From contig CAXXNO010000012.1 in the NCBI GenBank assembly GCA_963663235.2, forward strand, positions 288,001 through 352,000: a DNA stretch of 64,000 bases. Direction: 5' to 3'. Source of the stretch: Dehalococcoidia bacterium. GTDB lineage: Bacteria > Chloroflexota > Dehalococcoidia > Bin125. Under the pieces are notes generated by a model. That model was not told the DNA's origin. It did no database searches and saw only the letters and a list, made by a program, of their open reading frames with translations. A program made the position numbers and the translations under genes. Below are positions 19,402 to 29,438 of the stretch, one piece after another (positions within the stretch are counted from its first letter, which is position 1; the number at the start of each line of letters is the position of its first letter).

Positions 19402-20175
19402 CTACGAACCAGACGCACTGTGTGGCGGCAGGCGCTCCGTCCCTTCCGTGGCCGGCCTCGTGGGGTCCACGATGAAGCGGAGCGCGGGCAGGGTCACGTC
19501 GGCGACGCTGTGGAAGGCGGAGACAGGATAGAACGGGTCCAGCTCCGCCGCCGACCACGCCGCCGCGTCGAACGCGAGCATCTCCGGCCGCCCCCGATCC
19601 GCGCGGTGGATGGTGTAGCCAGGATCGACCTGGATCAGCCGTGGCGCCTCCTGGCCGTCACGCCGCACGCGCGCAAGGTGCAGGCTGGGCGCGTAATAGA
19701 CGCTGGTCCCGCCCAGCGGCTGGGGGTCCACCAGCGCGCAGTCCAGGATACGGCGTCCCTCCACCTCCACCGTGCCGGTGATGCGGTCGTGGAGCCGCCG
19801 CGTCGCCACCGCCGCCCGGCGCGGCGCGTAGCCCCATCGCTCCGATAGTTCACGGATGGCGTCGTCCGAGTCGCAGGCGGAGCCCAAGAGCAGGACGCGC
19901 GGGAAGATTCCGGCACGGCAGGTGATCTGCACTTGCGCCAGCTTGAACGGCCCCACCGGACTCTCCGGCACGGCCATGAACGTGAAGTAGCCGATGACCG
20001 GCATCGTGGGGTGCAACGCCGGCGGCAGGAGCGCCTCCACCCGACGGTCGCCCGTCTCGAACAGCACGTGGAGGATCTCCACGTGCGAGAGCTCCCACGG
20101 CTCCGTCTTCAGGTCCCGCAGCAACGGCCGCTGCGCCAGTCCCACCGTGGCGTCGAGCGTGCCGCTGAACGGCAT
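19402..20175 (-). CDS. Acetoacetate decarboxylase-like family protein
   Basis: ALLPP.L.P, ESPVGPF, E.WGY region; start overlaps the LLM stop (TGATG). Confidence 0.72.
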   Translation of the reverse strand: MPFSGTLDATVGLAQRPLLRDLKTEPWELSHVEILHVLFETGDRRVEALLPPALHPTMPVIGYFTFMAVPESPVGPFKLAQVQITCRAGIFPRVLLLGSACDSDDAIRELSERWGYAPRRAAVATRRLHDRITGTVEVEGRRILDCALVDPQPLGGTSVYYAPSLHLARVRRDGQEAPRLIQVDPGYTIHRADRGRPEMLAFDAAAWSAAELDPFYPVSAFHSVADVTLPALRFIVDPTRPATEGTERLPPHSASGS

Positions 20176-21281
20176 CAGCTGCCCGCGGAGGCGGCGGCTA
20201 CGGGCCGGTCGGCGAACTTGGGCATCACTTCCTTGGCGAAGAGCCGCAGGCTGTCCAACACCTCTTGCTGCGGCACCGTCTCCATCATGTTCAGCAGGAA
20301 CTGCACGCTGTCGACGCCCACCGCCTCCCAGCGCTTCAACGTCTCCGTGATGTGCTCCGGATCACCAATGGCGAGATCGGCCGACGGCCCGCTCTTCGCC
20401 TCATCGGCCTTCACCTTGTCCCGCAGTCCGGCCAGGAGGCCGCCCGTCGGGTAGGTGGGCGTGGGAAAGGCATCGCGGGTCTGCATGACCTGCGCCGCCA
20501 TGTAGCCGAACGTATCGGCCAGGCGCTGGCCCGTCTTCACGCCCGTCTCGTTGTCTTTGTGACAGTAAAGGAAGTTCACCGTGGCGATGTTTTCGTTGAC
20601 GAACTCGCCCACCGGCTCACAGGTTTGGATGATGCGCCGGTACTCCTTGAACCGGCCTTCCAGTTCCTCCGGGCGGCCGATCACCAGGGTCAGCGCGCCC
20701 AGGCCGCGCTCGGCTGCGTCGATCTCCGTGCCCGGCGTGGACACCGCCACCCACAACGGCGGATGCGGCTTCTGGTACGGCTTGGGCAGCACCGCCCGCG
20801 CCGGCATCTTGAACGCCCGGCCCACGTGGCTGTAGCGCTCCTGCGTCCACATCTTGGGGAGCGCGCGGACAATCTCGTCCCACGTCTTCTTCGTCTCTTC
20901 CGGGTTCGCGTCCATCCCGCCCAGCTCGGTCCAGGTCGCGGAGCGCCCGGTCCCCAGCTCCAGCCGCCCCCGCGAGAGGATGTCCAGCACCGCCGCCCGC
21001 TCCGCGATGCGCACCGGTTGGTTGAACTGCGGCACGCAGATCACGATGCCGTGGCCCACGCGGATCCGCTTCGTTTGCATGGCGCAGGCGGTGAGGAACA
21101 GCTCCGGCGACGAACAGTGCGAGAACTCCTCCAGGAAGTGGTGCTCCACCGCCCACACGTAGTCGAAGCCCAGTTCGTCCGCGACCCGCACTTGCTCCAG
21201 GCAGTTTTGGTAGACCTGGTATTCGGTCTCGGGACCCCAGGGACGGGGGATCGAGATCTCGTAGAAGATTCCGAACTTCAT
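20175..21281 (-). CDS. LLM class flavin-dependent oxidoreductase
   Basis: MKFGIFYE, WAVEHHF, RIAERAAVLDILSRGRLELGTGR, PKPYQKPHPPLW. Confidence 0.93.
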   Translation of the reverse strand: MKFGIFYEISIPRPWGPETEYQVYQNCLEQVRVADELGFDYVWAVEHHFLEEFSHCSSPELFLTACAMQTKRIRVGHGIVICVPQFNQPVRIAERAAVLDILSRGRLELGTGRSATWTELGGMDANPEETKKTWDEIVRALPKMWTQERYSHVGRAFKMPARAVLPKPYQKPHPPLWVAVSTPGTEIDAAERGLGALTLVIGRPEELEGRFKEYRRIIQTCEPVGEFVNENIATVNFLYCHKDNETGVKTGQRLADTFGYMAAQVMQTRDAFPTPTYPTGGLLAGLRDKVKADEAKSGPSADLAIGDPEHITETLKRWEAVGVDSVQFLLNMMETVPQQEVLDSLRLFAKEVMPKFADRPVAAASAGS

Positions 21282-21410
21282 CACAATGCCTCAGCGTGAC
21301 GATTGGGCTCTGCGGCCCGGCTCCCAGCGACGCGGACGAACGTTAACAGATTCTCGCCGGGGAGCCAATCCTCCGCAGGGGAGGTCGGCCGGCCGCGCGG
21401 CCGCGCCGCG

Positions 21411-22565
21411 CTAGACGACCGCCGTGAACCGCTGCAGGCGGAACATCCCGATGTCGTGCGACGTCTCCCCCCGCTCCGTCAGGTCTGCCATGATCTCGCC
21501 CACGACGCTGCAAAACTTGAAGCCGTGCCCAGAGAAGCCCGCGGCGATCGCCACCTGCGCGTACTCCGGGTGCCGGTCCAAGATGAAGTGCTCGTCGGGC
21601 GTGTTGCTGAACAGACACGCCTTGAGCGCCATCGTCGGCCCCGCGCCTGCGGGCAGATAACGCTCGACGAAGGACCGCAGCACCTCCTCGTCGCGAGGAT
21701 GGCACTCCCGATCGACCGCGTCAGGATCGCACGCCTCCTCCAGGTGGTGATAGCGTCCCACCTTCACGCCGGGCGCTCCGTGGATCGGCAGCCCGTAGAA
21801 GTGGCCCTCATCGACGCTGAGGTTGAAGACCGGAAACGTCGACGGCTGGAACAGCGCCGGATCCCGCGGCTGGAACCAACCGAGTACCTGCCGCTCCGGT
21901 GTCACCGTCGCTCCCAGCTCCGCCACCAGCTTCCCCGCCCACGCGCCCGCCGTCACCACCAGCCGGTCGGCCTCGTAGACGGCGCGATCGCTGCTCACGC
22001 GCACGCCGTCCCCCGTCGCCTCCCACGACGTGATGGCCTCCCGCGCGCGAATCTCCGCTCCCAGCGATTGCGCCAGCGTCACGTACGCCACGATGCAGCG
22101 CTCCGGCGTCAGGAAGCCGCCGTCCGGCTGCAAGACGGCCCGCGTCTCCGGCGGCAGCCGGTAGCCGGGAAACCGCGCCGACAACTCGGCGCTCGTTAGG
22201 ATCTCGTGCTCCAGCCCGTGCATCTCGCAGGCCTCGCGCGAGCCTTCGAAGATCCGTGCGCCCGGCGGACCCGCGTCGATCGACCCCGTGATGGTCAGCA
22301 ACTGCTCGCCCGCCCGCGACTCAAGATCGCGCCACAGCGCGTAGGCCCGACGCAGCAGCGGCACGTACGACGGATGCTCGAAGTACGCCAGCCGGATCAC
22401 CCGCGTGTGACCGTGGGATGACCCCATCTCATGGGGAATGTCGTAGCGCTCCAACCCCAGCACGCGCAGTCCCCGCGCCGCCAGGTGATACGCGGTCGCG
22501 CTGCCCATCCCGCCCACGCCCGCGACGATGACGTCGTAGCGCTCGCGCTGGCCTCCTACGACCAT
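21411..22565 (-). CDS. solA: N-methyl-L-tryptophan oxidase / monomeric sarcosine oxidase
   Basis: GVGGMGSA, GSSHG.TR.IRLAYFE, CLFSNTPDEHFI (covalent FAD Cys), GFSGHGFKF. Confidence 0.88.
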   Translation of the reverse strand: MVVGGQRERYDVIVAGVGGMGSATAYHLAARGLRVLGLERYDIPHEMGSSHGHTRVIRLAYFEHPSYVPLLRRAYALWRDLESRAGEQLLTITGSIDAGPPGARIFEGSREACEMHGLEHEILTSAELSARFPGYRLPPETRAVLQPDGGFLTPERCIVAYVTLAQSLGAEIRAREAITSWEATGDGVRVSSDRAVYEADRLVVTAGAWAGKLVAELGATVTPERQVLGWFQPRDPALFQPSTFPVFNLSVDEGHFYGLPIHGAPGVKVGRYHHLEEACDPDAVDRECHPRDEEVLRSFVERYLPAGAGPTMALKACLFSNTPDEHFILDRHPEYAQVAIAAGFSGHGFKFCSVVGEIMADLTERGETSHDIGMFRLQRFTAVV

Positions 22566-22667
22566 CACCGCCTCAGCCCGCGTGCATCAGCCTGCCACTC
22601 GGAAGGCTGCGGGTTCTGCAGGCGCCCGACCGTCCGCCTCACATGTTTCGCTCGTGACCGTCGGAGA

Positions 22668-23879
22668 TCAACCGCAAGGATTGAGAGGCGTCCCACACGG
22701 GATCTCAATCTCTAGTGCCGTCTCCGTGACGACCCACAAGACGTCACCGTCGATCAGAGCGAAGTTGGTTTGGCCCAGCGCCGGGATGAACGAGATCCAG
22801 CTCACAGCAGTGGCGTTGAACAGCCAGGCGATCTTGACCGTGCCGAACACGTCCGCCGCCTGCGCCGGCCCGAACGGCCAGAACACGAACTGCCCGCCCG
22901 CGTTCAACACGAGGATGTTGAAAGCCTCAGGCTCCGGCGCGCCGTCTCCGTTCTCGGGCTCACCGTCTCCCGCAGGCACATTCGCGACGATCTGGCCGCG
23001 AATCTCACCCGCCGGGATGGCCACGGTGTGGACGTTCACGTAGGCGTTGCCCGCCTCCATCTCCGCAACCAGGTCGGCGATGGTCCCGCCTTCCAGCGGG
23101 CCGATGAGATCGGCGGCGGTGATAGTGCCCGGCACCTGCACGCCGTCCACGCCTTCCGCGACAAGGCCGAAGAGGAACGCCGTGACCGGCCCGTTGTCAT
23201 CGGCCGGCCCGATGTGGATGTGCGCCTGCGTCACGCCGATGATGTCTCTCGCCACGAGCTCGAAGGAAATCGTGTCGCCCTCCAGCGTCGCGTCGAACGA
23301 CCCGCTCCCGTCCGTTTCGGTGGGGGGCACCTCTGCGCCGCCGCTCAGCGTGGCGCTGAACGTCTCCTCCGGCGGAATCCCGACAATCTGGCCGCGAATC
23401 TCACCCCCCGCGTTGACCAGGGTGTGGACGTTCACGTAGGCGTTGCCCGCCCGCATCTCCGCAACCAGGTCGGCGATGGTCCCGCCTTCCAGCGGGCCGA
23501 TGAGATCGGCCGCGGTCAGGGTGCCGTCGGCATCCACGCCGTCCACACCTTCCTCGACAAGGCCGAAGAGGAACGCCGCGACCGGCCCGGTGTCATCGGC
23601 CGGCCCGATGTGGATGTGCGCCTGCGTCACGCCGACGATATCCGTGGCCGCGAGCCCGAAGGCAATCGTCTCGCCGTCCTGGCCAACCTGCAGCGTCGCC
23701 GCGAACGACCCGGTCCCGTCCGATTCGACGGGGGGCACCTCGGCGTCGCCGCTCAGCGTAGCGCTGAACTGCACCGCCTGCGCCTGAACCTGCGCCCCGC
23801 CGCTCAACCCCAGGGCCAGCCCAATGGCGACCGCCAAGCCTGCCATCACCGTCGTCGCCATCCCTAGTCGAAACCGCAT
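22668..23879 (-). CDS. Exported protein with two CHRD domains and C-terminal GGQFVFW module
   Basis: Signal peptide (VQA-QA); two CHRD repeats (LSG..EVPP, AHIH, YVNVHT...GEIRGQ); acidic linker; ~70-aa terminal module. ATG after GGGGAG. Confidence 0.9.
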   Translation of the reverse strand: MRFRLGMATTVMAGLAVAIGLALGLSGGAQVQAQAVQFSATLSGDAEVPPVESDGTGSFAATLQVGQDGETIAFGLAATDIVGVTQAHIHIGPADDTGPVAAFLFGLVEEGVDGVDADGTLTAADLIGPLEGGTIADLVAEMRAGNAYVNVHTLVNAGGEIRGQIVGIPPEETFSATLSGGAEVPPTETDGSGSFDATLEGDTISFELVARDIIGVTQAHIHIGPADDNGPVTAFLFGLVAEGVDGVQVPGTITAADLIGPLEGGTIADLVAEMEAGNAYVNVHTVAIPAGEIRGQIVANVPAGDGEPENGDGAPEPEAFNILVLNAGGQFVFWPFGPAQAADVFGTVKIAWLFNATAVSWISFIPALGQTNFALIDGDVLWVVTETALEIEIPCGTPLNPCG

Positions 23880-24292
23880 GGGCTTCTCCCCTTCCAGCAC
23901 GTGGCTCCGCTCCGGCCGGGACCGGCCCGAGCCCGCTGAGGCTAACCACTGCCTGGTCGTGCCGCAACCCATCGGGTCGGGCGGCGCGGGTCAGCGCCTC
24001 CTTGGGGGAGGCCGGCTCCGCGCGGAAGGCGCGCCTCTGCTGCTGCGAGCGGTCCGGCTCAGAGTTCAACCTGGCGCCGAATGCGCTCCCGGTTCCGGCC
24101 ATCCCCGAGATCGGGCGCTCCGAGGCCGTCACGAACACCGCCGTCGACGCTCTATAGAACGTGCGGGTCGGTTGTCCGATGCTGCTCCCTGCTTCCGGTC
24201 GCGCCCGTGGCAGCCCGGCGCCGGCCCGCACCTTCAGCACCTACCGCGCGGGACCGACCGCTCGGTAGGCTGGGCGTCCGCCCGCGCCCGCG

Positions 24293-25366
24293 TCAATCGC
24301 GAGCCGCGGCCGGCCTTCCTCCGAGACCGCCCCGCGTCCCCGTCTCCGACGCGGCATCCGCCCCCGGCAGCTCGAACTCCTTCGCCAGCAACTCGTATGA
24401 CCGCAGCCGCGGCTCGAAGTCGTAGGTGATCGTCACGATCACGAACTCGTCGACGCCGTAAGCCTGGGCCAACTGCTCCAAGCGGTCGCGCACCTGCCCC
24501 GGCGTCCCGTGGATCGACCTGCCGCGCAGGTAGTCCAGGTACTCGCGCTCTTGATCCGTGTAGGGATACGAAAGCGCTTCCTCCACCGAGGGGATGCCCC
24601 GGTCTTGGATGCCACGATTGGCCTGGATCCGCCAGCACCAGCGGGTCCAGGAGAGCCGCTCAGCCTCCTCCTCCGTGTCGGCGCACACCACGAAGACGCC
24701 CAGGCTGACCCGCGGCTCTTCCAGCACGGGCGACGGCTGAAACGCGTCGCGGTAGGCGCGCACGACCCCCTCACCCCCATCCGGGCTGATGAACTGGGCG
24801 AAAGAGAAACCCCAGCCGATCTGGGCCGCGTAGTGCGCGCTCACGTTCGCCGACCCCAGCAGCCACAACTCGGGCATCCCCGCGCCGGGCGGCATGGCGT
24901 GGATGCCCTTGTACCGGTGGTCCGGCGGGAACTCATCGGCCAGGAAGTCATAGAGGTCCAGCAGTTGCTCGGGAAAATGCTCGATCCCTAACGCCCCGGG
25001 CCCGTGCGCCAGCGCTCGGGCGGTGCGCGTGTCGGCTCCCGGCGCCCGCCCGATCCCGAGGTCGATCCGGCCGGGGAACAGCGTCTCGAGCGTCCGAAAA
25101 AGCTCCGCCACCTTGAGCGGGCTGTAATGCGTCAGCATCACCCCGCCCGACCCGATCCGGATCCGCGACGTCCGAGCCGCCACTTGCGGGATGAGGATCT
25201 CCGGGGCGGGGCAGGCAAGCGAGCCGGTGTTGTGGTGCTCCGCCAGCCAGTAGCGGCCGTAACCCCAACGATCGGCAGCCTCCGCCAGCCGGAACGTCTC
25301 CGCGACCGCCGCCGCCGCGGTGCCGCCGTCTCGGACCGGAATCTGATCCAGAACGCCCAGCTTCAC
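24293..25366 (-). CDS. LLM class flavin-dependent oxidoreductase (YhbW/MsnO8-like)
   Basis: KLGVLDQ.P, YWLAEHHN, GSGGVMLTHYSP.KVAE.F..L..LFPGRIDLGIGRAPG. Confidence 0.92.
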   Translation of the reverse strand: MKLGVLDQIPVRDGGTAAAAVAETFRLAEAADRWGYGRYWLAEHHNTGSLACPAPEILIPQVAARTSRIRIGSGGVMLTHYSPLKVAELFRTLETLFPGRIDLGIGRAPGADTRTARALAHGPGALGIEHFPEQLLDLYDFLADEFPPDHRYKGIHAMPPGAGMPELWLLGSANVSAHYAAQIGWGFSFAQFISPDGGEGVVRAYRDAFQPSPVLEEPRVSLGVFVVCADTEEEAERLSWTRWCWRIQANRGIQDRGIPSVEEALSYPYTDQEREYLDYLRGRSIHGTPGQVRDRLEQLAQAYGVDEFVIVTITYDFEPRLRSYELLAKEFELPGADAASETGTRGGLGGRPAAARD

Positions 25367-25522
25367 GCGCGCTGCCCCTCGCCCGGCCACGACCCAGCAC
25401 GGGCCTCCGCGGCGACGGACGATCGGCCCGCGCGCCGGAAGCCCGCCTCGCGGCGACGGCTTCTGCTAGCCTCCGACTCCACGACGGAGATCGACGGGAC
25501 TTGCATCGGGAGAGCTACCGCC

Positions 25523-26299
25523 ATGACCACGTTCAGTGAGTATGCCAACAAGTACAACCACCTCAAGATGGAGCGCCGCGACGGCATCCTTCAGGTCACC
25601 GTACATACCGACGATGGGCCGCTCCAGTGGGGCCTTGTACCCCATCGCGAGTGCGCCGAGGCCTTCCGCGACATCGCCACCGACCGCGGCAACTCGGCCG
25701 TCATCCTCACCGGCGCCGGCGACGCCTTCTCCGGCCCCAAGGGCAACCCCGGCAGCCGCCCCAACGTCGAGGCCCGCGAGTGGGACGTCATCCACTGGGA
25801 AGGCCGCGAGTTGCTGTGGAACCTGCTGAGCATCGAGGTGCCGATGATCAGCGCCATCAACGGCCCCGCCTACCGCCACCCCGAGATTCCGCTGCTCTGC
25901 GATATCGTCCTCGCCGCCGACGGCGCGCGCGTCCAGGACTCCGGCCACTTCATCAACGGCATGGTCCCGGGCGATGGCGTCCACATCGTCTTTCCGTTGC
26001 TCATGGGCTGGAACCGCGGCCGCTACTTTCTCATGACCGGCCAGGACCTCTCGGTGCAGGAAGCCAAAGAGGCGGGCCTTGTGAATGAGGTGCTCCCCCG
26101 CGACCAGTTGCTGCCCAGGGCTTGGGAGCTGGCCGAGCAGATCGTCAAGCAGCCACCGCTGACCATCCGCTACACCCGACTCCTCGTCACGCATTACCTG
26201 AAAAGCATGATGCACGACATGCTGGGCTACGGCCTGGCGCTGGAGGGCATGGCCCTGCTCGATACCCCGCGCGACGAGGGCTACAAGCTGCCCGAGTAG
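25523..26299 (+). CDS. Crotonase family, 6-oxocamphor hydrolase (beta-diketone hydrolase)-like
   Basis: ERRDGIL..HT..G.L.W, EGR.LL.NLL.IEVP, NGP..RHPE, QD..HF..G.VPGDG.H, RGRYFL.TGQ match the OCH subfamily. Confidence 0.85.
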   Translation: MTTFSEYANKYNHLKMERRDGILQVTVHTDDGPLQWGLVPHRECAEAFRDIATDRGNSAVILTGAGDAFSGPKGNPGSRPNVEAREWDVIHWEGRELLWNLLSIEVPMISAINGPAYRHPEIPLLCDIVLAADGARVQDSGHFINGMVPGDGVHIVFPLLMGWNRGRYFLMTGQDLSVQEAKEAGLVNEVLPRDQLLPRAWELAEQIVKQPPLTIRYTRLLVTHYLKSMMHDMLGYGLALEGMALLDTPRDEGYKLPE

Positions 26300-26342
26300 G
26301 ACCAGTCGTCGACGGGCATCGCCAAAGGCCCGCGATCGGCCG

Positions 26343-27377
26343 CTACCAGTCCTGCCGCCATTCGCCCGCGGCGCGGATCTGCCGCGCCGCCGGCAGCACC
26401 TCCTGCCCGAACCACTCGATCTGCTCCTGCACCTCCCGCACCGTGCCCGACGGCGCGTCGAAGATCAGGTTCACCAGCGAATACCCGGCCGCCGCGAACT
26501 TCCCTAGGTCCTCCAGCACCTGCTCCGCGGTCCCCGTGCAACGCGGGCGCCGCTTCTTCCGCGATAGCTCGTGGTCCGGCTGCGTCATGTACGCCGACGT
26601 GACCGTCCCCATGCGAAAGTCCGACAAGTCCCGCCCCACTCGCTCCGCTTCCCGCCGCACCGCCTCCTGCATCGCATCGAACATATTCGGCGGGTCGTAC
26701 GGCGCCTGGATCGCCGTATAGACCCCGTCGCACTGCTGCACCGCCCGACGCCCGCCCGCCGCTGTCAGCGCTCCCCAGACGATCGGTGGGTGCGGCTGCT
26801 GCACCGGCTTCGGCTCCATAGAGAGCTGCGCGAAGTCGTAGTACTCGCCCTGATACTCCACGTCGTGCTGCGACCACGCCGCCTTGTAGACGTCGATGCA
26901 TTCCACCGTCCGCGCCACGCGCTCCTCGAACCGCACCCCCAGCGCCGCGAACTCCTCCCGGTTCCAGCCGGGCCCGACCCCCAGGATCAGGCGGCCGTTG
27001 GACAGCACGTCCAGCGACGCCAACTGCCGCGCGTCGCTGAGCGGATGCCGGTACGGCGCGATCAGCACCCCGGGCGCGAAGCGGATCCGGCTGGTGCTCA
27101 CCGCCACCGCCGCCAGCACCACGAACGTGTCCAGGATGTTCACGTCGATGGGGTAGGCGCGCCGCGCCGTCGCATCCGGGTTCGTGGGGTGCGCTCCCAC
27201 GGTGTCCTTGGGCATCGTCACGTGATCGCCGACCCACACGGAGTGGTAGCCCAGCCGCTCGGCTTGCTGCGCCACCTGGACGGGGCGCATCTCCACCGCG
27301 GGCACGTTCTGCCAGAACCATGCCTTCTCGTCGCGCAGGCCCACCCCATGCGTGGGCATGTACAGCCCGATCTCCAT
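26343..27377 (-). CDS. LLM class (probably F420-dependent) oxidoreductase
   Basis: WVGDHV, PYRHPL..ARQLASLD.LSNGRL.LGVG.GW..EEF, PKPVQ.PHPPI. Confidence 0.92.
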   Translation of the reverse strand: MEIGLYMPTHGVGLRDEKAWFWQNVPAVEMRPVQVAQQAERLGYHSVWVGDHVTMPKDTVGAHPTNPDATARRAYPIDVNILDTFVVLAAVAVSTSRIRFAPGVLIAPYRHPLSDARQLASLDVLSNGRLILGVGPGWNREEFAALGVRFEERVARTVECIDVYKAAWSQHDVEYQGEYYDFAQLSMEPKPVQQPHPPIVWGALTAAGGRRAVQQCDGVYTAIQAPYDPPNMFDAMQEAVRREAERVGRDLSDFRMGTVTSAYMTQPDHELSRKKRRPRCTGTAEQVLEDLGKFAAAGYSLVNLIFDAPSGTVREVQEQIEWFGQEVLPAARQIRAAGEWRQDW

Positions 27378-27402
27378 CGCTGCCGCTCCTTCCGGGCGGG
27401 GC

Positions 27403-28629
27403 TCAGCCGATCACGCCCTCGATGGCCAGCTCGGCGATGCGGTCGTCGTCGTAGCCCAGACGCTGCTTCAGGATCTCGTGCGTGTGCTCGCCCAGATCCG
27501 GCGCGGGCAGCCGGATGCTGGCTGGGTGGTTGGCGAACTCGACCGGATGGTTCGCCAGCAGCTTCGGGCCCAGGCGCGGGTGGTCGAACTCGACCAGGTA
27601 CTCGTTGGCCCGCACGGCCGGATCGTCCGGCAGGTCGCTGATCCGCTGCACCCGATCGAAAATCAGGTCCGGTTCCGCGCCCAGCCGCCGCTCCCACTCG
27701 ACGCGCGGCTCTTGCTCGAATCGCTCCTGCAACACCCCGATCAGCTCCGCGTTGTTCGTGAACCGGCCCTCCACGATGGGAAAGCGCGGATCGTCGAGCA
27801 GCGCCGTGAGCTCCATCGCCCGACAGATCTGCGGCCAATCCCGCTGAACGTTGACGCAGGCGAGAAAGATCCATTCGTCGTCGCCGCAGCGGTACAGGTT
27901 GAAGAGGGGGTTGTTCGCGGTGTGCCGGTCGAACCGCGGCCAATCCGGGATCCCTTGCAGCATGCACGCCGTCACCGCCCAGTACTCCAGCCAGATGGAG
28001 GCCATCATGTGCGACACCTCCACCTTCTCGCCGACGCCCGTTCGATCCCGCGATGCCAGCGCCGCGACCAGGCCGTAGGCCAGCATGTTGGCGCCCATGC
28101 AGTCGGCCACGGCGACACTCTGCCAGTTGGGCGGGTCCCCGGGACGCCCGTTGCTCCACATCAGCCCGGAGCGCGCCTGCCCCACTGGGTCCAGCGCCGG
28201 CCGTCCCGCATCGGGGCCCCGGAGGCCGTGCCCGGAGGCGCTGCCGTAAATGATCTGCGGGTTCACCTTCTTGAGGTCCTCGTACCCCAGGCCCAGCCGA
28301 TCCAGCGCGCCGGGTCGATAGTTCTCCAGGAAGATATCGGCGTCCTTGACCAGATCCAGCAGCAACGCCCGGCCCCGCTCCGCCTTCAGGTCGATCGCGA
28401 TGGAGCGCTTGTTGCGGTTCATCGCCTCGAACATCAGGCTGCGACCGCCCGGCAGGCTCATGTCGTACCCGGCGTTCGACACCAGGTTGCGCCCGCTGTC
28501 CGGCCGGGTCGGGCTCTCGACCTTGATCACGTCCGCTCCCAGGTCGCCCAGCATCGCCCCCGCCAGCGGCCCCAGCATCCACAAGGTGCAATCGATCACG
28601 GTGACCCCGCTCAGCGGCCCGTCAGTCAT
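27403..28629 (-). CDS. CaiB/BaiF class III CoA transferase
   Basis: LGDLGADVIKVE, NRNKRSI, VADCMG; close paralog of 16735 and 18021. Confidence 0.94.
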   Translation of the reverse strand: MTDGPLSGVTVIDCTLWMLGPLAGAMLGDLGADVIKVESPTRPDSGRNLVSNAGYDMSLPGGRSLMFEAMNRNKRSIAIDLKAERGRALLLDLVKDADIFLENYRPGALDRLGLGYEDLKKVNPQIIYGSASGHGLRGPDAGRPALDPVGQARSGLMWSNGRPGDPPNWQSVAVADCMGANMLAYGLVAALASRDRTGVGEKVEVSHMMASIWLEYWAVTACMLQGIPDWPRFDRHTANNPLFNLYRCGDDEWIFLACVNVQRDWPQICRAMELTALLDDPRFPIVEGRFTNNAELIGVLQERFEQEPRVEWERRLGAEPDLIFDRVQRISDLPDDPAVRANEYLVEFDHPRLGPKLLANHPVEFANHPASIRLPAPDLGEHTHEILKQRLGYDDDRIAELAIEGVIG

Positions 28630-28743
28630 TTGCGGACTCCCTTTCGTCTCCGGCGTTACTGCGCCTCGGTGGCGGCATCGTAGGCGACAGCGCAGGCCCG
28701 CCGTCCTACGCCGGTGCTCTCCGCTTCCCGGCGCGAGGCGGCG

Positions 28744-29262
28744 TCAGACGCTGCTTGAGCCTTCCCGACGGAGATCGAACCATCTCTGGTCCGCAAGCAC
28801 CACCGAGGTTTCGATCTGCCGCTCGGGAACCGACCAGTATCGTTTCAGCAACCGCTCCTTCTCCTCGCCGCCGGCCAATCGAAAGCCGCGCTGCTCGTAG
28901 AACCGGATCGCCCACGTGGCGGCGGCCCAGGTGCCGATCAACAGCGGCCGGGCGCTCTCTTCGCAAAGCGCGGAGAGCAGCATGCCCCCAATGCCACGAC
29001 CGCGTTCGGCCGTGCGGACATAGGCGTGTCGGATCAGAGTCACGTCGAGACGATCTTGAATGCCCATGACGCCAAGGAGCTCGCCCTTCTCTTCGTAACC
29101 GGAAAAGACGACCCCGGCATCCAACTCCTGCCGCAGCTCGTCTCTGGGCATGTACGGCTCATTCCAGCGGTCTGCCGGAATGACCCCTTTGTACGCCTGG
29201 GCCGCGTCGATGATGATCGCGTAGATGGCTTCGAATTCGCCGTCGCCGCATCGGCGGATCAT
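28744..29262 (-). CDS. GNAT family N-acetyltransferase
   Basis: LIRHAYV....RGRGIG acetyl-CoA motif; GTW.AA.WAI.FY...GF. Confidence 0.9.
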   Translation of the reverse strand: MIRRCGDGEFEAIYAIIIDAAQAYKGVIPADRWNEPYMPRDELRQELDAGVVFSGYEEKGELLGVMGIQDRLDVTLIRHAYVRTAERGRGIGGMLLSALCEESARPLLIGTWAAATWAIRFYEQRGFRLAGGEEKERLLKRYWSVPERQIETSVVLADQRWFDLRREGSSSV

Positions 29263-29438
29263 GGCCGCGTCTTCCGCCTCCATCTCCAATGAGGCGGAAA
29301 GGCTAATCGACGGGGTTAACCTGTCAAGCCGGACCACCCGCCGCCTGGTCGGTGCGCCCCGGCCGCTGCCTGCCTGCGTAGAAAGCCTGCCTAAAATCGA
29401 CGACAATCTCATCCGGAGAACCCCAGCCGAAAGCGCCC

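Noticed and set aside
23925-23955. CCCGAGCCCGCTGAGGCTAACC resembling the 3' part of a c-di-AMP (ydaO) riboswitch
   Set aside because: It is on the strand opposite the adjacent CHRD gene and the 5' conserved elements are not visible; an Infernal search with the ydaO-yuaA model would settle it.
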